A DNA stretch of 64,000 bases from Desulfomonilia bacterium (GTDB taxonomy: Bacteria > Desulfobacterota > Desulfomonilia > UBA1062). The notes beneath the pieces were generated by a model, which worked only from the letters and a program-made list of their open reading frames with translations, was not told the DNA's origin and ran no database searches. Position numbers and translations under genes: made by a program. Of the stretch, positions 32,652-44,843 are shown one piece after another. Every line of letters begins with the position of its first letter. Positions within the stretch are counted from its first letter, which is position 1. The DNA lies in the NCBI GenBank assembly GCA_963664325.2, contig CAXXDQ010000008.1, forward strand, positions 128,001 through 192,000. Direction: 5' to 3'.

Positions 32652-34497
32652 TTATGAAGCCAAAACCTTTTTTTTTGCAACGGTCATGGTATGACGTTTC
32701 TGGGCCGCAAGTTCGCTTTTTCTGAGCCTGATTGATTTTGGGGTCACCTCCACCATCTCATCGTCCCTTATGAACTGCAAGGCCTTCTCCAATGTCAGGG
32801 GTGTGACCGGCGAGAGCATAATATTGTCATCCCTTCCTGCCGCGCGCATATTGGTGAGTTTCTTCATTTTGGTGGGGTTCACGTCGATATCGTTCTCGCG
32901 GTTGTGCTCGCCAATTATCATACCTTCGTAGACCGGTACGCCAGGGGTAATAAAAAGCTGGCCCCTCGGTTCGAGGTTGAAAAGTGCATAGGCGACAGCT
33001 TCTCCCCGCCTGTCAGATACGATGGACCCTGTGAACCTGTAGGGGAAATCTCCCCTGTGCTCTTCATATGCAAGCAGGTAGGAATTCATTATACCGGTGC
33101 CCTTGGTATCGGTCAGGAATTCATCCCTGAAACCGATAAGACCACGCGACGGGACGCTGAATTCTACCCGGACCCTTCCGCTCCCGTGATTGACCAGATT
33201 TATCATCCGGCCCTTTCTCTGGGATATCTTTTGCGTGACAACGCCCAGGAAGTTTTCCTCACAGTCGACAAAGAGGTGTTCAATCGGTTCAAAAACCTTG
33301 CCGTTCTTATGCTCAAGTATGACTTCCGGTCTGCCTACACACATTTCGAAACCTTCACGCCGCATGGTTTCTATAAGTATTGCAAGCTGGAATTCCCCCC
33401 TTCCTTTTATTATGAAGGCGTCTTTTTCGGGGGCGACCTCCATTTTGATTGCAACGTTCCTGAGGGTTTCCTTGTTAAGCCTTTCGTGAATGCGTGTTGA
33501 CTGGACATGGGTTCCTTCCTGGCCCGCCATAGGCGAGTTGTTGGGCATAATTCGCATGAAAACCGTGGGAGCATCCACTGATATGCGTTTCAGGGCCTTC
33601 GGACTATTGACGGTGCAGATGGTGTCGCCTATCTTTACGTTCTCGATTCCTGATATGACGACAATATCACCGGGCTCGGCGCTCTCGATCTCCCTTAGGG
33701 CTATACCCTGGTAACCCTGAAGCTTGGTTACACGCAGCATTACGTGATCCCCCGCCTCGTTTATGCATACCAGCGAATCCTGCGAGCTGACCCTGCCGTT
33801 GAATATACGGCCGACGGCAAGCCTTCCGAGGTAGTCCGAGTAGTCCAGATCGGCAACGAGCATCTGAAAAGGCTCTGCCGGGCTGTATGATGGGCCCGGC
33901 AGGTCATTAATGATTGTCTCGAAGAGCGGCTTCAGGTCAGACGCTTCTTCCTGAAGCGTTTTTTTTTGCTATCCCTTCCCGTCCAACTGCATAAAGAACA
34001 GGAAATTCGAGCAGTTCTTCATCGGCGCCAAGGTCTATGAACAGATCATATATTTCGTTCAGAACTTCAGCAGGCCTTGCATCCTTGCGGTCTATCTTGT
34101 TTATAACGATTACCATAGAAAGACCTGCTTCCATAGCCTTTTTAAGGACAAAACGTGTCTGGGGCAGGGGGCCTTCGGCTGCATCGACCAGGAGGATCGC
34201 GCCGTCAGCCATGGAAAGTGCGCGTTCGACCTCGCCGCCGAAATCCGCATGACCCGGGGTGTCTATGATATTTATTTTTACGTTGTTCCATGATACCGAA
34301 CAGTTTTTTGCGGCTATGGTTATACCACGCTCACGTTCGAGGTCCAGCCTGTCCATAACCCTTATTTCAACATCCTGCCCTGAACGGAATACCCCGCTCT
34401 GCTTGAACATGGCATCAACAAGGGTTGTTTTCCCATGGTCTACATGGGCGATAATGGCTATGTTCCTGATTCCCTCATTCATGATGTGCTGGCGCAT
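32652..34497 (-). CDS. typA: translational GTPase TypA/BipA (frameshift at poly-T near 33960)
   Basis: [43 protein letters not shown]. Confidence 0.95.
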
Positions 34498-34543
34498 AAT
34501 CTTGTCCTTCTGTCATTATTATTAGAGGTCTGTTCCCTAACAG

Positions 34544-34580
34544 AAAAACCGGGTGAAATGCAAGCGCTCTCCCGGTTTTT
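34544..34580. terminator. hairpin/terminator between the Ig-domain gene and typA
   Basis: AAAAACCGGG...CCCGGTTTTT. Confidence 0.6.
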
Positions 34581-34606
34581 GTCGTGATCCGGGAAAAGGG
34601 TTGCCT

Positions 34607-35273
34607 TTATTGAGTTTTAACCGCCTTGAATTCCGCAACTCTGTTTAATTCCGTATAGTTTCCGGCGGTATCTGAAAAACCGTATAGAACAAAGCGGCAT
34701 GCCTGTCCTGCATTGACATGATTAAGCCTGATGTAAACATTTTTTGCGGTCATCCGAGAAAACAGGGGAGGAATGTTCAGTGCTCAGGTTGAATGATACC
34801 TCTCCGATGCCCTCATTGAACTTTAAAACGACTTCAGGAGAGCCTTCATAAACGCTCTGGCCGTTGTCGGGAGAAACAGATTCAAGAGCTGGAGGAACCG
34901 ACTCGATAGTGAAACTCCATGAATAATCGCTTTTCATTTTACTGCCGCCGTCGGGGTTGACAACGCCCGCCTTGATTGTTGCCGTATATGTTTTCCCGGC
35001 AATAAAAAAGGAATTTTTATCCGGGGCAAAGACTGCTACATCGTCGTTTGATATCGGGTTTTTCCTGACCGTTACGAGTCCGGGTACAGGGATCCTGTTA
35101 TTTTCCACACTGAACTGCAGGGTCGCCGGATCAATTGATGTACTGAAATCAGCGGATATTTCCGAGTGCCCCTTGACATCCATGGCTCCATCGTCCGGTG
35201 ATGTGCTCGTTATGTCCGGTTTGCAGGCCGCAATTATCATTACAGCAGTAAAAAGAATCAATATCTTCCGCAT
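34607..35273 (-). CDS. lipoprotein with bacterial Ig-like (Big_5) domains (frameshift at poly-A near 34743)
   Basis: Lipobox IAAC; two SP.DG...F repeats; corrected frame continues to DTAGN...KTQ*. Confidence 0.7.
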
Positions 35274-35376
35274 CAAGTCATCCTCATATTAGATTTCAAG
35301 GTTAAAATAATATATATTACAACTCGGTAAATCCATCAACGGCGATTTTTCAATTACGGCATAACACGGAGGGCGG

Positions 35377-36268
35377 ATGAACAGAAGGGAATTTCTTAAA
35401 ACAGCAGTAATGACAGGAGCAGCAACTATCTTTCCACCGGTCCTGACAAATCTGACCGCAGCTTTATATCCTGACATAGCGGCAGCAACAGGAAATGACC
35501 CGGCAAAGATAACGCTTGCAGCAGTAAATGCACTCGGCGGGATGAAACGATTTATATCCAGGGGGGATATTGTCGTCGTCAAACCGAACATCGGGTGGGA
35601 CAGGGCACCTGAATTCGCGAGCCAACACAAACCCAGTCGTTGTGGGCGCAGTGGTGAGGATGTGTTTTGATGCAGGTGCTAACAGGGTAAAGGTTTTTGA
35701 CAACCCCTGCGATAACGCCAAAAGCTGCTATGCTGCAAGTGGAATAGCCGCTGAAGCCCGGAAGTACGGGGCCGAAGTCATTTACATGGAGGACAGAAAA
35801 TTCATCGAGGTGGATATAAATGGGAGTGTCCTTAAGAAATGGCCGATATACAAGGATGCGCTGGATGCCGGCAAGATAATAAATGTCCCTGTGGCAAAGG
35901 ATCACGGGATATCGAAACTTACACTCTCCATGAAAAATATGATGGGTGTCATGGGTGGACGAAGGGGGAAGCTCCACAGGAAACTGGCTGAAAACCTTGT
36001 CGACATGGCCAGATTCATGAGGCCTGCGCTTACAATCATCGATGCAGTGCGGATACTGACTGCAAACGGACCTACCGGCGGCAACCTGAAGGATGTCAAG
36101 AAAATAGATACTGTAATAGCCGGTACCGACATGGTTGCAATGGACTCCTATGGCGCGACACTTTTCGGCATGAGAGGAAGCGACCTAGACTATGTAAGGC
36201 TTGCCGGTTCCGCCGGAATAGGCAGAATGGATATTGAGAACCTGAAAATTCAGAAGATAAAAGCATAA
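35377..36268 (+). CDS. Tat-exported DUF362 protein (frameshift near 35620)
   Basis: MNRREFLK Tat motif; VVVKPNIGWDR; KDHG..TLSMKNMMG. Confidence 0.88.
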
Positions 36269-36270
36269 TA

Positions 36271-37807
36271 ATGTTGAAACAAGGGAAGGGGTTCTTTACA
36301 TCAAGGCTGTTAAGAATGATCTCGCAGACGGTCTTCCTCATTATCTTCCTGTTCCTTTTCGTTCGGACGGAGAACAGGGGAAGCGAAACCCTGGGCTACC
36401 CCGTCAAGCTGTTTCTTGATTTTGACCCGCTGATACTGATAACGACGCTGTTTTCGTCGCATGCCGTACCTGCCGCGCTTTTCATATCTCTTGTAACGAT
36501 TGTATTCACAATGCTTTTCGGGCGTGTCTTTTGCGGATGGGTTTGTCCGCTCGGTACATTGAACAATGCAGTTTTATCATTCAGCAGGTCCCCATAAGGC
36601 CGAACCAGGGAACATGTACAGGCTGAAATATTATATACTCTTTTTTATTCTGACGGCTGCCGTCTTCGGGATGCAGACTGCTGGCATTCTTGATCCGTTG
36701 ACATTGCTTCTAAGGACGCTTTCAGTAAATATCTACCCGCTCCTTAATTCCGCATTCATGACAATGCTGGGGCTTGTTGAGCATTATGCGCCGGAAGGAT
36801 TGTCCGATGTTGCCGGCAGGATTTATACTGTTCTAAGGGGCACGGTCCCTGCCTTTTAATGACGTACATTACGGACAGTCTGCATTTATAGGTGGAATAT
36901 TTCTTGCCATACTTCTCCTGAATATAGTCGAAAAGCGGTTCTGGTGCAGGTACCTTTGCCCGCTCGGGGCACTGCTCGGACTGCTATCAAGGTTTGCTCC
37001 TTTCGGCATCAGGGTTTCCGGTCAATGCATGTCGTGCGGTGCGTGTTCAAATTCATGCCAGGGCGGCGCTGTCAGGGATAATGGAAGTGCGCGGATGAAG
37101 ACCGAGTGCCTGGTGTGCCTTGACTGTGACGACCCTTGTCCCAAGGCTGCAGTTACTTACAGTGGAACATTGAAGTCCTCTCCGCTTGATGTCAAACGGA
37201 GGGGGGTCCTGGTATCGCTTGCAGCAGGCGTTTTCAGTGTGCCGTTTTTGAGGCGAAGACCTGCTGTCAATAATCCCTTTCTTATAAGGCCGCCCGGGAG
37301 TCTTAAGGAATACGAATTCCTGAAACGCTGCATAAAATGCGGCGCCTGCATGAAAGTCTGTCCGACGGGAGGGCTTCAGCCGGCATTGATGGATTCAGGG
37401 ATTGAAGGCATTTGGACACCCAAGCTTGTCCCTGTGATCGGTTCATGCGAATACTGCACGCTTTGCGGCCAGGTCTGTCCTACCGGGGCAATCCTTGAAT
37501 TGAAAAAACTCTCCCTGATGAAAGTAAAGATCGGCCGGGCCGAAATTGACCGATCACGATGCCTGCCTGGGCCGATGCGACTCAGTGCAGCGTCTGCGAG
37601 GAAATGTGCATCGTGCCCGAAAAAGCGATATGGTTGGAAAAAGCGATTGAACGGAATAGGGACGGAACCGAAGTAAAACTCCTGCGTCCTCACGTTGATT
37701 CTGAAAAGTGCATCGGGTGCGGCAAATGCGAAAAAAACTGCCCTCTTGACGACAGGCCTGCTATTTATGTGACGAGGGCCGGAGAAAGCAGGGAAGGTGA
37801 CATATAA
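36271..37807 (+). CDS. membrane 4Fe-4S polyferredoxin (NapH/NapG-like fusion), several frameshifts
   Basis: FCGWVCPLG, WCRYLCPLG, RPPGS and multiple CxxCxxCxxxCP motifs. Confidence 0.85.
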
Positions 37808-37854
37808 GAGGTTTCAGAGATACAGTCTTTGAGTCCATGAAGGGTTTGCCAATC

Positions 37855-38205
37855 CTATGACAATGGACCCAGATGAATCTTGAACCGGCCAGCATAGTCC
37901 TTTCCGAATTCGCACAACGCCCCCAGGACAGGTATCAGCCGTTTACCGTAGGCGCTCATGGAGTATTCCACCTTGGGCGGCACTTCCGGATATATTTTAC
38001 GTTCGATAAGCCCTGCTCTTTCCAGGTCCCGGAGCTGCTGCACGAGCATCTTTTCCGTGCATTTTGGGATTGACCTCTTAAGCTCGCTGAAACGTCTGGT
38101 CATACCCATAAGATTCCAGAGGATGAGGGCTTTCCACTTGCCTCCGATCATGTCAAGAGCAAGCTCGACAGGGCAGTCATATGTTTTGCTGTTTTTTATT
38201 CCCAT
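37855..38205 (-). CDS. HxlR family transcriptional regulator
   Basis: CPVELALDMIGGKWK...EVPPKVEYS. Confidence 0.92.
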   Translation of the reverse strand: MGIKNSKTYDCPVELALDMIGGKWKALILWNLMGMTRRFSELKRSIPKCTEKMLVQQLRDLERAGLIERKIYPEVPPKVEYSMSAYGKRLIPVLGALCEFGKDYAGRFKIHLGPLS

Positions 38206-38260
38206 GGCCGTTCTTCTTATAGCTATCAATAAAGTTAGTACTAAACAAATAAGTAGGTAC

Positions 38261-38289
38261 TTGTCAATATAAATTGTAATACCTATAAT
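38261..38289 (+). promoter_or_regulatory. sigma70 promoter for the flavin reductase operon
   Basis: TTGTCA-N17-TATAAT. Confidence 0.7.
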
Positions 38290-38318
38290 GGAAGGATTAA
38301 TGCTATAGGAGGTATCTG

Positions 38319-38888
38319 ATGAAAAAGGTTAAGGTCGCAAACGGTACAATAGGGTATCCGATGCCGATGGTTGTTGTCGGAGCCGAGGTCAATGGCAGGC
38401 CAAATTTTATGGCTGTCGCATGGGTGAGCAGGGTGAACTTCAATCCGCCACTTGTGGCCGTGGCACTTGGCAAAAGTCACTACACAAACAGAGGCGTTCA
38501 CCAGAACAGGGAGTTCGGCATTTCCGTACCTTCACAAGATATGCTGACAATGGTCGATTACATTGGCCTGATATCAGGTGAGAAAAACGACAAGAGCGAA
38601 GTATTTGATATATTCCGTGGTGAACTTGAGCATGCGCCAATGGTTATGGACTGTCCCTTCACTATGGAATGCCGTCTTGCAAACGTGTTTGATCTGCCTA
38701 CAAATGAGCTTTTCATAGGTGAAATAATTGGTGCTTACTGTGATGAGAAAATGCTTGATAACGGAAAGCCAGTCAGGGAAAGAATGCATCCGTATATGCT
38801 CACTATGCCGGATAACAGTTATTGGTCATTTGGTGAACATATCGGACAGGCATGGAAGGATGGGGGAAAACATATGGCTCCACGTTAG
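38319..38888 (+). CDS. flavin reductase / flavoredoxin family protein
   Basis: YPMPMVVVGA..NFMAVAW..HYTN..MECR. Confidence 0.88.
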   Translation: MKKVKVANGTIGYPMPMVVVGAEVNGRPNFMAVAWVSRVNFNPPLVAVALGKSHYTNRGVHQNREFGISVPSQDMLTMVDYIGLISGEKNDKSEVFDIFRGELEHAPMVMDCPFTMECRLANVFDLPTNELFIGEIIGAYCDEKMLDNGKPVRERMHPYMLTMPDNSYWSFGEHIGQAWKDGGKHMAPR

Positions 38889-38964
38889 AGAAGATTTCTG
38901 AGAGATATAAGCAATTGCCGCCAGTACCCGGCATGCATAAAAGCAAATTACAGGAGGAATAGTA

Positions 38965-39537
38965 ATGAAGGTTGTAGGTTTTATCGGAAGTCCCAGGAAA
39001 TCGGGAAATACTGCCGCACTCGTTGAAGAAGTTCTCAGGGGAGCGCGGGATAACGGGGCCGAAACTGCTGCATATAACATCAATCAGCTGAAAATCAGGG
39101 GTTGCCAGGCCTGCTACAAATGCCAGACACCTGACGGAAAATGCGTTCAGAAAGACGATATGGCAAAGCTTTACGATGAGATTGACAGCGCCGATGCAAT
39201 AGTAATAGGTACTCCAATCTATATGGCCCAGGTTACAAGCCAGACGAAAACCTTGATAGACCGGTTCTTCGCATATTTGTATACGGATAAAGGGATACCC
39301 GGAAACTTCAAAACCAAGCTGAACAAAAAGAAAACCGTGACCGTATTCTCCCAGGGCCAGCCGGACCCCTCAGTATTTGCTGATTGCTTCAATCTGACTG
39401 AGGGCATCCTGAACTTTATCGGTTTTGACATCAAGAAGCGCATCACTGCCACCGGCGCAAGAAATCAGACAGACGCAAGAGAAAATGCCGGGCTTATGAA
39501 AAGTGCATATGCCGCAGGGGTTGAACTCACGAAGTAG
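38965..39537 (+). CDS. iron-sulfur flavoprotein / multimeric flavodoxin
   Basis: GSPRKSGNT, CxxCxxC-x5-C, GTPIY. Confidence 0.9.
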   Translation: MKVVGFIGSPRKSGNTAALVEEVLRGARDNGAETAAYNINQLKIRGCQACYKCQTPDGKCVQKDDMAKLYDEIDSADAIVIGTPIYMAQVTSQTKTLIDRFFAYLYTDKGIPGNFKTKLNKKKTVTVFSQGQPDPSVFADCFNLTEGILNFIGFDIKKRITATGARNQTDARENAGLMKSAYAAGVELTK

Positions 39538-39693
39538 CGGACTGGATCAGGGTTTGCTTTATAAGGAATCATCTGAAACCTGATAATGCAGGCCCTGATC
39601 CTGCAGATGAACATGAACACAAAAGTTGACAGTGATGTTATCTATGCTATGAATTGATATAACGGTTCCATTCAATAAGGGGGTAAGCAAGCC

Positions 39694-42294
39694 ATGGCCT
39701 ACAAATTTAAAAAACGCCATGTTCTTTATGCGCTTCTGCTTTTCGCAATTGGGTATTACATGGTTTCCAGGGTTGACTTCGAAAAACACAATATGGACCC
39801 TGAACCGGTACGGGTGTCTAAAAATCCTGAGAACCAGGCATATCCGGTTTATTCATACGATGTACCTCTCGATAAAACAAGCCCGTGGCCCAAGTTCAGG
39901 TGCAACTCAACCCAGACTGGGCGGTCGGATGTTCTACCTGTTGAGGCTGACTTGAAACCCTGGGCATTTCATACCGGCAAGGGGATCTTCAGCTCTCCTG
40001 TTATCGATAGTGATGGAACAGTCTATATCGGTTCGGCTGATCATTACCTATATGCTATCGATAAAACGGGAATCCTCAAATGGAAATTCCTGACAGGCGA
40101 GATCATAGATTCATCGGCCCTGCTGGATGACAAGGGAAGGGTATACATAGGCTCCGGCGACGCACATGTTTATGCCCTCGACCGCAATGACGGCAGACTT
40201 TTGTGGAAGTTCAAGGCACATACGCCGCAGGAGGTTACCGAGAAGTTCGGTGTAAAAACCTACAACCTTAACTGGTTTGAAGGGAACATAGCCATGCTTG
40301 CCGACGGCTCCATTCTGGCCCCGAACGACAACTATCTAATCTACCGCATCAACAGGGATACCGGCGGAATCATAACTCAGTATATAATCAATGAAATGGG
40401 CTGGTCTCTGCCTGCGGCGAATACTAAAACCGGGAGAATAATCACAGGCTCAAATTTCCTGGCATTGAAAAACGTCTTTTGCTTCGACACAAAAACAGGC
40501 AAAAAGCTCTGGACCAATGGCGGTCTCGGCACCAATGCCGCTTCCGTTCTGCTTACCAGCAATGACCCCAGCGGGGCGGCCCTTGTAGGCGGTTTTGACG
40601 GGATACTGAGGGCGTTTTCACAGAATAGCGGGAAACAGATATGGAAATTCAATACCCGGGACCATATCTATTCAAGCCCGTCACAACTCAAAGACGGAAC
40701 CATAATCCAGGCCTGCACGGACGGCTCGGTCTATGCGGTCAGTCCCCGGGACGGCACGCTTAAATGGGCATTCGATTCGCTTGAGCCCATACGCTCATCA
40801 CCGGCGATAGACGGAAGCGGTAAAATATATTTCGGCTCGGGCGACGGCCGCCTGCACTGTTTGAATCCCGACGGCACGCTCAGGTGGGCATACCAGCTTG
40901 TGACTGATGACAGGAACGATATAAACGGATCCCCCGGACTGGGAAGTCACGGCATCTATATAGCTGGAGAAAGCGGTGGTATATTCTTTATTCCTTATGA
41001 TTACCCTTTGACAGAGGCAGGGCGAAAAGATCCGCGAACAATTATCAGGCAGGGTGAGGACCTTCCGGAAAACGGGGTTTTCCTTCTGTATACTACAGCA
41101 TTCGGCAGCCTGAAATTAAAGGCTCCCGAAGAAATTAGGGCAAATGAGCCCATGGCATTTACTCTCTTTGTCAGGAAAAACGGCGATACCGTCAAGTCGG
41201 TTATCGATAAAAAATCTTTAAAGGTTTCAATTTCCGGCGGGGAAAAAGGCAAGGTCGACACGTCTGCAAACTCACAGTTTATAACCATAATCCCCCAGGA
41301 GATGTGGACCGGCCCAGAAGGCGGAATTTTGAAAGTCAATATCAAAGGCGATTACAGAATCGACCCCGTACGTTTCGGACTCAAATTTTTCGGAGGGAAG
41401 AAAGGCGGCACTTTTGATGAAACATTCACCTTTAAAGTACTCGCAAGGTCGGACGGTGCAAGCCCTTACAGGGTTCCTGTTAAAACAGGAGACCCCTCGT
41501 CAACTATTGAACTGAGCAGGATGGCACCGGCAACCCCGTCGATGCTGCCTTCATACAACCAGATCGGCTATGATTCGCTGCATTATATACTAGGGGCGGT
41601 GGAGGGCGACGGAAACAATGCGGTACTGTGGGGTATCGGCGGCAAACTTACAGGTGAGGACAAGACCGTCATCAATCCGGAGCTTCAAGTGCGTTTCCCC
41701 CTTATGATGAATTACGACAAAGGACTGCTTACCCTTTATAATTATGACGGGATGCTGCTAGACATGAACGGCTCATGGGCCATGCCGCTTGCCCTGTTCA
41801 GGGTGGCGACGATTGTGGACACCGTAAGCGGTGCAGGGGTTTCTCCTGCGGAACTGAACGCCATCGCCGAATGCGACAAGATAAAGTTTTATGGAAAATT
41901 CATGAAGCTTATGGGCATGTCCGATTTCTCGACCGGGCTTATGAATATCTATGGCGGCATGAACTACGGCCTCTTTGGAACGGGTATCACAACAGGCGTT
42001 TCCGGAGCCGGCGATGTCAATTTCATCACCGGCAAAAAATCTGTAACAGCGGTTGTAAAGGGGGGTGCACTAAAAAAGACGGAACATGTTTTCGGCATCC
42101 TGCTGGTCAGTGAAGAAACACACAGGCCCGTACCCGCAAAATATATTTATGATACAAAAGTGGAAGCAGGCTCGGACGGGACGGTCACGGGCGTAACCCT
42201 GTCGCTTGACGGTATCAAATTCAAGGGGAAGACCCGCGCATATTACATGGTTGACACCTATCCTGCAGCAAGAGGGATTGCGGAGATCAGATAG
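39694..42294 (+). CDS. membrane-anchored PQQ-like beta-propeller repeat protein
   Basis: N-terminal TM; repeated SSP..D.G.VYIGS.D..LYA..G.LKW units; long unknown C-terminus. Confidence 0.8.
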   Translation: MAYKFKKRHVLYALLLFAIGYYMVSRVDFEKHNMDPEPVRVSKNPENQAYPVYSYDVPLDKTSPWPKFRCNSTQTGRSDVLPVEADLKPWAFHTGKGIFSSPVIDSDGTVYIGSADHYLYAIDKTGILKWKFLTGEIIDSSALLDDKGRVYIGSGDAHVYALDRNDGRLLWKFKAHTPQEVTEKFGVKTYNLNWFEGNIAMLADGSILAPNDNYLIYRINRDTGGIITQYIINEMGWSLPAANTKTGRIITGSNFLALKNVFCFDTKTGKKLWTNGGLGTNAASVLLTSNDPSGAALVGGFDGILRAFSQNSGKQIWKFNTRDHIYSSPSQLKDGTIIQACTDGSVYAVSPRDGTLKWAFDSLEPIRSSPAIDGSGKIYFGSGDGRLHCLNPDGTLRWAYQLVTDDRNDINGSPGLGSHGIYIAGESGGIFFIPYDYPLTEAGRKDPRTIIRQGEDLPENGVFLLYTTAFGSLKLKAPEEIRANEPMAFTLFVRKNGDTVKSVIDKKSLKVSISGGEKGKVDTSANSQFITIIPQEMWTGPEGGILKVNIKGDYRIDPVRFGLKFFGGKKGGTFDETFTFKVLARSDGASPYRVPVKTGDPSSTIELSRMAPATPSMLPSYNQIGYDSLHYILGAVEGDGNNAVLWGIGGKLTGEDKTVINPELQVRFPLMMNYDKGLLTLYNYDGMLLDMNGSWAMPLALFRVATIVDTVSGAGVSPAELNAIAECDKIKFYGKFMKLMGMSDFSTGLMNIYGGMNYGLFGTGITTGVSGAGDVNFITGKKSVTAVVKGGALKKTEHVFGILLVSEETHRPVPAKYIYDTKVEAGSDGTVTGVTLSLDGIKFKGKTRAYYMVDTYPAARGIAEIR

Positions 42295-42301
42295 CACCGG
42301 T

Positions 42302-42787
42302 TCAATCTATGGCGACATTGACTGGTTCGGTGTTCAATGCCGATGCCAGGTCGTGAGGAGACATTTCAGCCAGAAGTCCCCTCAGCCCTGCATTGATGAA
42401 TATTTTGGACAGTTCGAGGATTGAGGCCTCGATGTAGACTTTCAGGCGCTTTCTGGTGCCGAAAGGGGATGTCCCGCCGACCCTGTATCCGGTATGGCGT
42501 TCGGCGGTTTTCGGGTCGCAGGGCTGAACTGACTTGGCGCCGATTAACCTGGCCATATTCTTTGTTGAGACGTGCCTGTCACCGTGCATGAGTATTATAA
42601 AAGGTTCTTTTCTGTCGTCTTCCATGACAAGGGTCTTTATTACCGTATGCTCATCGACATCAAGCTCCCGTGCGGAAACCTCTGTGCCGCCGTGCTCCTC
42701 GTATTTATACTGATGAAGACTGAAGGCTATTCCCTTCTCTTTCATAACCCTTATGGCCGAAGTTGTTGACAAATGACCCTTTGCCAT
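42302..42787 (-). CDS. ybaK: Cys-tRNA(Pro) deacylase YbaK/EbsC
   Basis: IKTLV, GYRVGGTSPFG, INAGLRG. Confidence 0.92.
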   Translation of the reverse strand: MAKGHLSTTSAIRVMKEKGIAFSLHQYKYEEHGGTEVSARELDVDEHTVIKTLVMEDDRKEPFIILMHGDRHVSTKNMARLIGAKSVQPCDPKTAERHTGYRVGGTSPFGTRKRLKVYIEASILELSKIFINAGLRGLLAEMSPHDLASALNTEPVNVAID

Positions 42788-43020
42788 TTCAAGCCCGATC
42801 CTTTCTGAATTAGTGATTTAAGAAAATATACACCGGCTTTAAAATGTCTACAGATTTATCGGACAAACCCGGCAGGAAATCAAAAGAGATTACATATGAG
42901 GAAGTGAAGAAGATACTCCATTCAGCTTTACAAAGTGCTTAATGAAAATAAAGAATAGAAAAGGAACAAAAAACAGCACCGTTCTTCCAATTGCCACAAA
43001 ATTGTGCTACTTGATATTAC

Positions 43021-44553
43021 ATGAGTGATCAGTTGACTTATTCTTACGAAGATTTATCAATGCTGAACAGTATTGCAAAAATACTCTCAAAGCCCCTGCC
43101 TTTGAAAGAGCTTCTTGAGATGATACTTGGTGAACTCAGCCGGAAGGCGGCTATGGAACGCGGCATGATCTCCATACTTGACCGTGAAACCGGGGTGGCA
43201 ATGCTTGACGTTGCATACGGGATAGACGTATCCGGGCTGGATGTAAAGTTCAACCCGGGAGAGGGCGTTACGGGTCAGGTGGCGCATACCTGCAAGGCAA
43301 TAGCTATACCAAACCTTGGGACCGAGCAGCTCTTCCTCGACCGTACCGGGGCAAGAAGGGATCTGAACCGTACCGAACTGGCATTTTTATGCGTGCCGAT
43401 AATTTATGACGGGAAAGCAGTGGGTGTCCTTTCGGCGGACAAGGTCGCAAAGCAGATTTACACCCTTGATTATGAGTTGCAGCTGCTGTCCGAAGTTGCG
43501 GCGCTCATTGCAAAGTCCGTTCATTTGAGACGCCTGGAGGATGAAAACGTACGGCTCAAGGATATGCTCAACCGTGTAAAACACCCGTATCCTGAGCTTA
43601 AGGGAAATTCAAAAATCATACGCGAGGTGTTTACGCTCATCTCTCAGGTGGCTGATTCAAACGCCACTGTACTGATTCACGGGGAGACAGGCACGGGCAA
43701 GGAACTTGTCGCGAGAGCGATACATTACGGGAGCCCCAGAAAGGAGATGCCCTTTATCGAAGTAAACTGTGCCGCGATACCCGATACGCTGATTGAGAGC
43801 GAACTTTTCGGACATGAGAAAGGCTCGTTCACCGGTGCCCACATAAAAAGGCGTGGAAAATTTGAAGAAGCCCATTCAGGAACAATATTCCTGGATGAGG
43901 TGGGGGATCTTTCCCTGATGGCGCAGGTAAAGCTTTTAAGGGTTCTGCAGGAAAAACAGATACAGCCTGTAGGCGCATCCCGTCCCCAGAAAATCAATGT
44001 AAGGATTATAGCGGCGACAAACCGCAAGATCGAGGATGAGATTGAGGCAGGGGCATTCAGGACAGACCTGTACTACAGGCTGAATGTGTTCCCGATATAC
44101 ATGCCTCCGTTAAGGGAACGCGGCAGCGACATAATCCTGCTGGCGGATTATTTTATTGAAAAATACTCGAGTGAACTTGGAAAGAACCTCAAACGCATAT
44201 CAACTCCGGCAATAGACCTGCTGCTTGCATATCACTGGCCCGGAAATGTCCGTGAGCTTGAAAACTGCATTGAGAGGGCGGTGCTTCTCGCAAAGGGCGA
44301 CACAATAGAGAGCATCCACTTGCCTCCGTCGCTCCAAATGAAGACTTCATCCGAGCAGGGCAAGAGAAAACAGGGCACCCTCACGTCCCTGGTGGAAGTA
44401 TACGAGCGTTCCATTATTACCGATGCGCTGAAAGACGCGCGGGGCAATCAAAGCAGGGCGGCAAAACTGCTCGGTTCTACAAAAAGAATCATTCAATATA
44501 AAACCCAGAAATATGCGATCGATACCGAAAGATTCAAATCGAAGAAGAGCTGA
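43021..44553 (+). CDS. NifA-like sigma54-dependent activator (GAF-AAA+-HTH)
   Basis: GAF (GEGVTG, AFLCVPI), GETGTGKE, GSFTGA, WPGNVREL, Fis-type HTH. Confidence 0.9.
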   Translation: MSDQLTYSYEDLSMLNSIAKILSKPLPLKELLEMILGELSRKAAMERGMISILDRETGVAMLDVAYGIDVSGLDVKFNPGEGVTGQVAHTCKAIAIPNLGTEQLFLDRTGARRDLNRTELAFLCVPIIYDGKAVGVLSADKVAKQIYTLDYELQLLSEVAALIAKSVHLRRLEDENVRLKDMLNRVKHPYPELKGNSKIIREVFTLISQVADSNATVLIHGETGTGKELVARAIHYGSPRKEMPFIEVNCAAIPDTLIESELFGHEKGSFTGAHIKRRGKFEEAHSGTIFLDEVGDLSLMAQVKLLRVLQEKQIQPVGASRPQKINVRIIAATNRKIEDEIEAGAFRTDLYYRLNVFPIYMPPLRERGSDIILLADYFIEKYSSELGKNLKRISTPAIDLLLAYHWPGNVRELENCIERAVLLAKGDTIESIHLPPSLQMKTSSEQGKRKQGTLTSLVEVYERSIITDALKDARGNQSRAAKLLGSTKRIIQYKTQKYAIDTERFKSKKS

Positions 44554-44745
44554 CTTGCCGTAAAAGGCCTTCGAATTGATTGTCGTTTCAATTGTTTCCG
44601 GCGCAAATTTGAGCCGATAGAGTCCACCGGAACAAATGTGTACCCTAAACAGCCGGCCGCATATCCCGAACAAATCAATCCAATCGAAGCTAACTAACCG
44701 TGATTAAAGAATTTGCGGTAGGTCCTGCCAGTTTATTTAAAGAGA

Positions 44746-44761
44746 TGGCATGGTTTTGGCT
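44746..44761 (+). promoter_or_regulatory. sigma54 promoter of glnA
   Basis: TGGCATGGTTTTGGCT with correct GG/GC spacing. Confidence 0.65.
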
Positions 44762-44843
44762 TTTATTATTTTTATGACTGGATGGAAGGTGTCTGGAAAA
44801 GTATTTTATGAAACATGTGGGATCTAAAAGGGGGAATAAGACC

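Noticed and set aside
43021-44553. Calling this gene nifA and inferring nitrogen fixation
   Set aside because: No nif structural genes in the window and no clean TGT-N10-ACA site at the adjacent promoters.
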